A stretch of 64,000 bases of DNA from Podarcis vaucheri (lineage: Eukaryota), in assembly GCA_965113315.1 (NCBI GenBank), contig OZ220377.1. One strand, 5' to 3'. Made by a program: the position numbers and the translations under genes. The notes below the pieces were generated by a model. The model saw only the letters and a list, made by a program, of their open reading frames with translations, did no database searches and was not told the DNA's origin. Below are positions 54,633 to 64,000 of the stretch, piece by piece. Position 1 is the first letter of the stretch. Every line of letters begins with the position of its first letter.

Positions 54633-57600
54633 TACCTGACGCCAGGTAATTGACAGGCTGGCAACTCTGCCCGCCTGTCAAACTTGGCCTGCAAGGCTGA
54701 TCCCAAAAGAATCTGGCCCAGGGAGCCGAAAGGTTCCCCGCCCAATGTAGACCACACCACACACTGGCACAGCATAAACAGGACCCTTAACCCTCCCCAC
54801 CCAACATTCAAAGGCTGAAGGTCAGCATTTTCTTGCAAGCATCTACCAGCAGATCCCAAGAGCTGCAGTTCCCAAAGCTTTCAATGCCCACACTAATGCA
54901 CGCAGCCACCACCCACTGAAATAACTTGGCCATACATGAGCTTCATAAATGGGAGTTTACATAGTCAATCACCCACAGACTTTCACTGGGGTGGGTGGAG
55001 TCTCTCTCTACTCAGCTGCCTTAACCACAAACAATGCAGAGCCACAAAAGGGTTGAGCCACAGATGCAAACGCTGCAAGAAGTGAGGTCAGTCTTTGTGG
55101 GCACGTCCACATGACCAATATAATAAACAGGGCTGTGGTTGTGGTTGTTTTATAAAGGCTGCTCAATCACATCACTCACACCCCTTCCCAACTGACATCT
55201 TTTAGGAACATTAGAAACCGCCCAGCAATTAATTCATGGTTAATTCCCATGACAGAGAGTAGAAGCCATGACAGTTAAGCCAGTCTTTTAAAACTAAGTT
55301 ACTAGTCCACATGATTGACACGCTGCCCGCCTGCCAATCCACAGCCTGTTAATTTGTGCCACACAACATGTGCAAGTTTCAATGGCCTCTGTGCCTTGGT
55401 CACAGGCAACTCGTTCCACTTAGCATAAGGAAATAGATAGCCGTTTTGGCTGGTAGCCATAGGTAAGTTCTAGCTCTACTGCCAGAGGTAGAACACCAGG
55501 TGTGAATACCAGGTATAGGGGGATGGGGGGGACCCTGCTTATGGGCTTCCCATTGGTCACTGCAAGAACAGGACACTGACTAGCGGGTCTTTCTGCTGCT
55601 CTTCAAAAGCAGGTTTCTGGAAGAGCTTTCACTCTGGTGGAAGCTCATCGCAATCAGGAGATTCCCCAGCAACCATGCAGAACGACCGTTCCTGGGATTC
55701 TCTAATCCAAGGCCATTTAGCAAGCAACGAGCGAGCCAGAGTTTACTCAGAGGACACCACCCCAGTTTGTCCTGCCTGCAGGAGGAGTTAAATTCACTTT
55801 GCAAATGCCAAACCTTATCCACCCAGAATGGTAAGCATTCCCCAGACCCCTGCAGTGTTAAGGAGAAATGCCAGAATGGTTGCAGAGTGGAAGACAGGGT
55901 GGTGTTCACAAGAAGCCCTGAGCCTTCCCAGAACCACAGTTTGCAGGAATCTCTTGAAGAGGAGTGAGGAACAGCAGCCTGGAATGTGCCCTGGAACTCT
56001 GATGCTGCCTCTTGCTTGCATGGGTGGAGGACAGGTGTGTGTGTGCGTGTGTAGAAACCAGCCCTGGTGTACAAACCACAAAGTCAACATTTATATGCTT
56101 GGCCCCACCCACTTTTCCTCCAGCCCCGCCCACCACTGCCATGTGGCCCCTGGAAGGTCCTGCAAAAGGGTAAAAAAATTCCCCACCCTTTGCTCTCGAA
56201 ATAGTCGTAACTATCAAATTCGAAGATTTGGGAAGGGGGCCCAGCTCAGCAGAAGAGCACCCAGAGCTGGGGGCACACCTGGGCCACGACATCTCCCATT
56301 AGGTAGAGGATCAGGTAGCTGCTGCCAGCCAGAGCAGACAACACTGAGGTCAATGGACGAGCAGTCTTAACCTGGTATAAAGCAGCTCCCTGCCTTCATA
56401 GTGGAGATGTGGCTGGGGTAATCAGCCAGCCAGGAGATACTCAAGAAACAAAGGGTGTGAACAGCAAGCTGATTAACTGACGCCACCCCACCCCTGCACA
56501 CATACACAGTCCTTCTATGAAAGAGTTACTGGGAAAATCTTCAACAGCAGCTTATCCAGCTTCTTACACACTGCACCACCCACCGGCAGCTAAGGCAAGC
56601 AAGCCAGCTTCCTTGTAGGCCAACCGCTACTAACGGCGACATAAGAACATGTGCTTGAGCTTGCTTTCCCCTCCTCCCTCCCCATTCTTTTTCCTCGTGT
56701 GTCATGACTTTTCTGTTGTAAGCCTGAGGGCGGGGGCTGTCTTAATACAGATTTCTGCAAGCTGCTCCATAAAGCCTTTTTGTGTGTGTGTGCATATTAA
56801 GTCTGGGGTATAACTGCCACAAATGAACAATTACTAAAAAAAAAAAAGAAGAAGAGGAAGAGTTTTTCCGTCTGGAAGCACTGAGACTGCATGCTGAGAG
56901 TGATTCCCGTCTCTTGGCAGGACCTCAAAAGGGACAGAAGGAATAGCTTTGTTGCAGCCGTTAAAATATCGCTATCTAAGAGCGAGGAAGGAACCCGGAA
57001 CCCGTTACATAATAGCCATGGCCAAGGTTACAATTATCCAAACCTTTGTTATCCCCCCTGCCCACCAGTTTGAAGACTACCCTGTGCATCCCTCTCTGCC
57101 TAAAAAACAACATTATTGCATTTACCATGAAGGAGCTGCTACATTTACTGGAACTGTAACAAGAGGAAGACTCCCACTTTGCACACACAAAAAAACTTTG
57201 AAAGGATATGGGATTTGCTACAGTCCTAAACCAGCCGCAAGGAACCAGTGGCCCTCCAGATGTTGATGAACTACAACTCCCATCAGCCCCAGCAAGCCTG
57301 GCTGATGGGGCGAAGCATGTCAGCAACATCTGCGGGGCCACAGGTTCCCCTCACCTGTCCTAGACAGAAGAAGAGCCAGCCTGTCATTGCTAGCCTGCAA
57401 GGCCTCTTGGCACCGATGCAGGAAATTGATTCAACCCAGCAGCCACGTTCTTCGGCTTCCACTTGCTCCCATTTCACAGGTGAGGTAAAGAGAGGCCTTC
57501 CCCGCAGGAGGAGCAGAAAGCACACCAATGACTGCAAAAGCACCCTGGAAGTTTAGGAACAGCATCCAAGGCGAGGGCGATGGTGTCCCACCATGCTCTT

Positions 57601-58347
57601 GGTAACAGAAGCCCAAATGAAAACCAACCAGATTTTGAAAGATCGAGGGGCACCGAGGGAAGCAAAGAGACTAGCCCCCCCCTCCACTGGGGTCCCAAAG
57701 TGCGCACTTCCCCCCAGCAAGTTAATTCGTTTTTATTTTCTTCCATTGAGGAAGCTGCGTTATATACTGAATCAAACAACGCAGTCCATATAGCCTACTA
57801 CTGCACCTGGGACCTGCGCATGGCAATGCTGTCGCTACGCCCTCTCCTCTAAAAGTCCGGCCTGTAAGAAATTCAAAGCACCGTCCTCAGGGGAACACTT
57901 GCTGCAAAGCCAGGGATGTTGCCAGAACAGGTTGAAGGGCCAAACCGTCCCGCCAGCCAGACGTGTCCTGGGGTCACCCGTCTTCCAGCAGCCTATTAGT
58001 TCCACTTGAACTCAACACCAAGCTTATCAGTACCCGTCTCGGCTAAGATGAACTTAAAAAAACAACAACACTAAAACCAGGGAAGGCATTTACGTAGTTC
58101 CTTCTAATAGGGTAAGCCAGTCTCTCCGTAAAATATTTACAGCATGAATATGGGGGGTGCGGGGGAGAACCCCCAAAGGATCTTACATTGGATACATGCA
58201 TGCAGGCCCCTTGCAACAGCACCGGGGGAAAGGGCTGTGGCTCAGTGGTTAGTACACCTGCCGTGCATGCAGAAGGTCCCATGTTCAATGCTAAGGTCGA
58301 GCTGGGAGAGACATCGGCCAGTCAGTGCAGGGAGCAGGGAGCTAGAC

Positions 58348-58483
58348 CACGCACCCCCAAACTCGGCCCTCCAGATGCTTTGGGACAACAATTCCCATCA
58401 TCCCTGACCACTGGTCCTGTTAGCTAGGGATGATGGGAGTTGTAGTCCCAAAACATATGGAGGGCCGCGTTTGGGGGTGCCTG
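58348..58483. mobile_element. Palindromic hAT-type MITE
   Basis: Fold-back; perfect 8-bp TSD AGCTAGAC. Confidence 0.87.
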
Positions 58484-58732
58484 AGCTAGACAGACCGACT
58501 CAGGACGAAGGGAGTCCCTGTGCACCATCTGCCCCTCTGCCCTTATTATGGTCATCACTTCTAGAACAGTGAGGACAAGTCAATCATTTGTGTGGCATGG
58601 GCTGGGAGGGGAGAGAAGGGACCCTGGGATTCATTCAAAAGCCCTATCATAAAGGAAGCTGTCTTCTCCTTGGCCAGGACGCCCCCTGCAATGACAGGGA
58701 AACTTTGGAGGACAATGCAATAGGGTGGGCAG

Positions 58733-58873
58733 CATGGGCATAGCCAGGGGGGCAGCTGCCACCCCCAATCAAGTAAAACAATTGAAATACTTAACTGACC
58801 AATCACGTCAGTTCTCCCCCCCCCCAACAAACGTCCTGCCCACCCCCCAACAAAAATCCTGGCTATGCCCATA
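58733..58873. mobile_element. hAT-type MITE
   Basis: TIR ATGGGCATAGCCAGG/CCTGGCTATGCCCAT; 8-bp TSD GTGGGCAG. Confidence 0.87.
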
Positions 58874-60843
58874 GTGGGCAGGCACATTATCCCAGGGTGC
58901 GTCCCCCAGAATCCTTGCAATATACACCACCCTCATGTCTCAATGATGGGAGTTTTGCTCTGATCCCCCAACAGCCAAGCCACAAGGAGGCCAGTAATTG
59001 GAGGACCACAAGCCTGGGTTGCAGGAGGGATGCAGCTCAAAAATAGAGCATGCAGGTTTGATCCCCAGCATCTCTGGGTAGGGCCAGGAAAGGATCTCTG
59101 CCTGGATCCCTAGAGAACCACTGCCAGGCAGCGTCAACAATGCTGGACCAATGTCCTGACTCATGTTCACGCATGCATGGTGGTGGGGAAGGTGTGTGTG
59201 CCGTTATCACCTGCCCAGCCAAACACAAATGCCATAAAAGGCTTGTTTACAACATCAGCCATTTAAAACCCAGTCCCTCTTACTCTTGCAGGGATAGTGC
59301 CAGTCTGAGCAGCCTGGCAGGGTTGGCGGGAGGGCGAAGGAAGCAAGAGAGCGGCGGGTGCCACTCCGAGGTCCTTGGCAGAAAACGTGGGGTGTAAAAA
59401 CGCAATAGTAAATAAAATGGCACTTGGGAGGGGGAGATTCTCTTTCCTCCGGAGAGCATCCTCCCTTACTATGAGGCTGCTGCAATGGGGAGTTTCCCTT
59501 TAATACAGCCTGTCTCTCTTTTTTTTGGGGGGGGGGGAGAGAAGCAAGGAGAGGGTGGCTTGTAGAGTAAGCCCTAGAGGCCACACCACACATACAATCT
59601 TCCTTGGATCCTGCCCAAGTTCAGCTCCACCTGCAGGTTCCAAAGGTGGCAACAGCCTCCCCAGCTAGAAAAAGGCCTCGGCAATGTTTTCCCCCCTCCT
59701 TTTTTTTTCTTAAAGCCTTCCAAGTCCCTACTCTAGAAGGATCCATGCTCAATCCCATGATCTCGGTTCCCTCCATCCCTGACAGGGACGTCACTGGACC
59801 TCGAAGCCAAGGGCAGCTCCAGCAAAATCCCATTGGCTCTGCTGCAACCCTCCTAGGAAGAGCAAAGGCAGCTTTTTAAGTTTGTCCCACCCTTAAAGGC
59901 AACCATCACAGACCTGAACCTGTCCTTTGCAAGAGGGGTTTCCCTCCCCCCCCCCCATGGGGATCTAAACAATCCTTCTTCCAGCTCCTATGTCACAAAG
60001 GGGCTTCCTAGCAAGGCTTTAGGAATCTTATTTTTTCACTAGCACTCCAAAAAGTCTCCAGTCTGATTTCAGGCTTGACCTTGGGGGGTTTTTTTTGGGG
60101 GGGGCATAGTATTAATATTTAATTTATCCGATTTTAAAAATCAATATATTGGGGGGGGGAGAGAGAGAGAAAGAACTGGCTACTTGATTCCAGAATGAAA
60201 TGTTATAATACCAGCTGCATCCCAATCAACACTCACACAACTACTGTACTGCAGAGGTGAGCAAGAAAGCCAAGCGGATGGGCAGTTTGCACACAGACAC
60301 ACTGTATATATATATATTTTTGGGAGGGTATAGCTCAGAGTTAGCTGAAAGAGGTAGAGCCACAGAAACCGCGCCTGCCAAGTTTGGTACAAAGGAAAGT
60401 AGATTGTACACTCAGTACCCAGCAGCTCTGCCCGCTTTGGGGGGAGAGTGGATGGGGGGGGGGAGAGCAGCCTGGGTTGCAATCCTCTGCACCCTTACCT
60501 TTGAATAATTGTGTAAAAATATATATATAAAAGTCCCACTGGGGCTTTCTGAACTCAAGGGGGTTTACTTCCGAGTAGGCATGCATGAGATTGCACTAGG
60601 CGCAGGAGCCTAAGGGGCGTGGACTAAAACAGGAAAAAAATGAAAAATAAGAAGGGAGGAAGGAGGGGCGGCCAAAATCAAGCATCCCCATCACTTCCAA
60701 TGGCCAGAACCCCTCGCTGCTCGCGCAACTATTTGAGCGCCCCCCCATCAACCCCTCCACCCCAAACTCGCCCCATCCAATTCTGCAATGGGGAAAAAAG
60801 CAAATAAAACGAATGAATAAGTCACCCGTTTGCAACCGCTTAC

Positions 60844-60870
60844 CTTCACAGTGTTAGGCAAAGCCTCCGA

Positions 60871-60908
<38 letters not shown>

Positions 60909-61170
60909 ATAATAATAATAAATGAGGGCGCGCTCTTTCCCCCCACGGCACGTCGAAAGGCAACGCTGCAAAGGCTTTCTACAGCCTCCCAACGCCCGGG
61001 CTCCAATGCGCGTTCCTGCCCCGTTTGCAAAAAGAAAAAAAGGGGGAAAGCACCAGCGAAGCGTCCGATGCTGCTGTCGGCGAAGGTGGTTGGAGCGTCG
61101 CTCGCTTACTCAGCGCAGCAGCAGCAGCACCGGCGCCCTCCGCTCTCTTCCCCCCGCGAGCCTCTTCTGG
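60844..61170 (-). other. DYNLL2: Probable non-coding exon 1 (5' UTR) of DYNLL2; 5' boundary approximate
   Basis: Strong donor GTGAAG|GTAAGC at 60844 inside a CpG island upstream of coding exon 2; no upstream ATG seen. Confidence 0.7.
60876..60902. repeat. (TA)n microsatellite inside the probable DYNLL2 5' UTR exon
   Basis: Direct observation. Confidence 0.9.
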
Positions 61171-61822
61171 CTGCCTGCCCTGGCCCCCCCTGGGCTGAAA
61201 TAGGCGCCCCTCCCCTTGCAGTAGCTCAGCCACGCTGCGCCTCCATTGGCTGCCGCAGAGCCTCGACCCACAGCGACGTAGCGTTCTCCTCTCGCTGTTC
61301 TCTGTCTACATCTTATTTCATCCCATAATGCCACGAGGAAATTGCAGAACCAATTTTTTTGTATGTGTGGGGTGGGGGTGGGGGTGGAGAGAGACTAGGG
61401 GTGGGGCTGGAGTTTCTCGCTTTTTGTTTGTTATTAAAACGGAGCGTCCACAAATGAGCCAATGAAGAAGCAGGCATTATTATTATTATTTTCCCTGCTC
61501 CGGATCTGGGTCTTCTCTCTCGGCTTCCTTCTTCTGCTGCTCTGCCTCTCTCTCTGTTTCCGGGCAGGGAGCTGCTTGGAACAGCTGCATCGCCAGGCAG
61601 AACTGCAACAGGTGTAGCTTTATCTCAGCATCACTGGGGGGATGTTTGAAGCTGCACCTGTTGCACTGCTGCCTTTCAAAGGAGCGCTGGAATGAGGAAA
61701 TGCAGCTGGTGGAGAGGGAGAAATAATTCGCCTGTAGGTAGAAGCCTTTGGGTTAGGTAACTGAGGATACAATGTCCACTTGCTTAGGTGGGAATAAGCC
61801 CAATGGAACTCAGTGGGACTTA

Positions 61823-62064
61823 CAGTGGTACCTCGGGTCAAGTACTTAATTCGTTCCGGAGGTCTGTTCTTAACCTGAAACTGTTCTTAACCTGAAGCAA
61901 CACTTTAGCTAATGGGGTCTCCCGCTGCTGCTGCGCTGCCACCGTGCAATTTCTGTTCTCATCCTGCAGCAAAGTTCTTAACCTGAAGCACTACTTCTGG
62001 GTTAGCGGAGTCTGTAACCTGAAGCGTATGTAACCTGAAGCGTATGTAACCTGAGGTACCACTG
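61823..62064. mobile_element. Tc1/mariner MITE, same family as 6895
   Basis: TIRs CAGTGGTACCTC...GAGGTACCACTG; internal sequence highly similar to the 6895 copy. Confidence 0.9.
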
Positions 62065-63426
62065 CACTTCTGAATTGCACTGTACTTCTGAATTGCACTG
62101 TACTTCCATAGAATTGCACTGGAAATCTCACTGGCTTGGGTGTTATGTGCAAATATTGTTTGAATGGGAGGTGAGGTGGGACTTCCTTGGAGCAGGGAAA
62201 AACAGAATGTAACACGCACACCCCATTTATATGGATCTTAAATTGATTGTTTAAGAAAAAGCTGTGTGTTTTGATTCCACAACAAAAATATCAGGATGTG
62301 AAATATTCGTGAAAATTTGTTTTTTAAAAAAGTTAAGTTAGCTATATTTTGTTTGTTGTGGGGTGGTCCCTGGAAACCAAATCAGTCAACAGCAAAGGTG
62401 AGGAACCTCTTTCCGCCCTGGGGGCTGCATGACCAGAGGTCAAAATGGCATAGACTAGAGGTATAATCTTCACCTTGGCGCAGCTGGCTGCATTCCAGCT
62501 ATGAAATAGTCCATGGTTTCCATACATGCACCCACCTCCCAGTAAATATCAGTCTGTCTTCCACCCACGTAAGCAAGAGGTATTATAATATAATAGGAAA
62601 ATTCCAGCCAGGCATATTGGCTCAACTGGTATGAGATGCTTCATCTCAGGGTCGTGGGTTCGATTCCCACGTTGGGGCTGGACTAGATGACCCTTATGGT
62701 ACCTTCCAACTTGATAAGTGCTCAAGGGGGGTATGAAGCAGGGATAGTGAGGAGTGCGGCCTGGGCAGACTGGGTGTGGCTTGGGCAGGGGCCAGGGAGG
62801 ATGGTGAGGGCCAGAGAGAGTCCTGGAGGGCCTAATTCAGACCTCAGGCCTGAGGTCCCTCAACCCATATATGCAGAGATCAGAAAACAGAGGGACAATT
62901 ATTCCCCCTGTCCACTGAGGACAATACATACTTACTCCAAACACCTGCCCTCCCCACTCATGTATCTTAGAATTTGATGAGTGAAACACTTTCTCTGCGA
63001 ACATTTCATTTGCTGGACGAAGGTCACCTGCAGAGCATACATTTAAAGCAAATGGCTTTCCCCCTCCCTGAACAGATCCTGGAAGCTGTAGTTTGTTAAG
63101 GGTGCTGGGAATTGTAGCTCCCGGAGGTGTAAACTACAGTTCCCATGATTCCTGGTGGGGGAGGGGCTTTAAATGTGTGGTGTGGGTGTCAGGAAAGTTT
63201 GGCCAAGTTCCAGGCCCGCAAGGATTTGTGTAAGGCACAGAAGGGGAGATTTTGTACAGCGTCGCTTCTCCCTTTACAGGAAACAGAAGAAGAAGAAGAG
63301 TTTGGATTTGATATCCCGCTTCATCACTACCCGAAGGAGTCTCAAAGTGGCTAACGTTTTCCTTTCCCTTCCTCCCCCACAACAAACACTCTGTGAGGTG
63401 AGTGGGGCTGAGAGACTTCAGAGAAG

Positions 63427-64000
63427 AGACTTCCGGGTTAGCGCCTCCGGCAATGGCGGATTTCCTCTGATCGGGAGGAATCCGCTTCGTGGAAATTAGG
63501 GCCTGGACCGCCATGGCGAAGTGGAGACCCATCAAAAACCACAGGCGGGAGAAGGCTGTGGACGTGGGATTCGGCAGGCACCTTTTGCGCCTCCCCTACT
63601 CGTGGGGAAACCCCGTATCGGGGATCCGGAGCGACGTGGGGTGAGCGGCGCAGTGCTTCGAATCGACTGCTCTTTTCACGGAGTGAACCCACATTGCTGT
63701 TGCCGGAGAGCGCTGACTTTTTCCTGTGGACAATTGGACTTTAAACAACTACCCGTGAGTAGAATGGAAAATTGGACTATGAAACATCTTAATTTGGCAC
63801 GAAAGCGGGAAGGTTCTAAACAGGAAGTCCGCCTTCCGCTTTTGTAAATAGATTGAAGCAAAGACATTGCAAGCTAAAGTCTGGAAAGTCTTTTGTAAAG
63901 GATTAAATCTCCATCAGCTAAAACTACTAACCGCCCCCCATGGAAGAAGGAGAAGGGGGGGTTAGATTGTTCAAGCCTGCAGGAGAGAGAGTAAAGAAAG
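63427..64000 (+). mobile_element. 5' end of a CpG-rich L1-like retrotransposon, running off the window, inserted into a minus-strand SINE (63287-63426)
   Basis: Host SINE breaks off abruptly; new sequence begins GACTTCCGG...CAATGGCGG (ETS/YY1-like internal promoter start); high CpG content. Confidence 0.6.

Larger units (their letters stand above)
60600..61470 (-). promoter_or_regulatory. DYNLL2 CpG-island promoter
   Basis: CpG-rich; CCAAT boxes (ATTGG 61245-61249, CCAAT ~61459); G-rich/GC-box-like runs. Confidence 0.7.

Noticed and set aside
55580-56370. Overlapping 128-180 aa ORFs in DYNLL2 intron 1
   Set aside because: No recognisable domain or exon structure; partly microsatellite and repeat sequence

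Overview
Vertebrate genomic DNA, almost certainly a squamate reptile and probably a lacertid lizard (inferred from Sauria SINEs, a BovB tail, tRNA-derived SINEs and CR1/L2 fragments). Two intact protein-coding genes lie on the minus strand. HEATR6 is complete: 20 coding exons from 28973 down to 8387, all splice phases consistent, 3507 nt or 1168 aa, with one GC-AG intron. DYNLL2 (dynein light chain LC8-type 2, 89 aa) has coding exons at 51281-51412 and 47995-48132 and a probable non-coding exon 1 ending at 60844. The rest is intronic or intergenic DNA dense in transposons, many with exact target-site duplications (TSDs): five solo LTRs, Tc1/mariner and hAT MITEs, SINEs, LINE fragments and the 5' end of a probably young L1-like element at the right edge. 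Almost all other ORFs in the supplied track are spurious. I see no CRISPR array and no well-supported novel multi-gene system. The best leads are: (1) a sense L2 fragment with its own poly(A) signal fused in frame to DYNLL2 exon 2 behind a weak splice donor; (2) an ERV-type LTR inserted into the TATA box of another LTR; (3) a solo LTR that is mostly one open reading frame; (4) several candidate conserved enhancers and CTCF sites.
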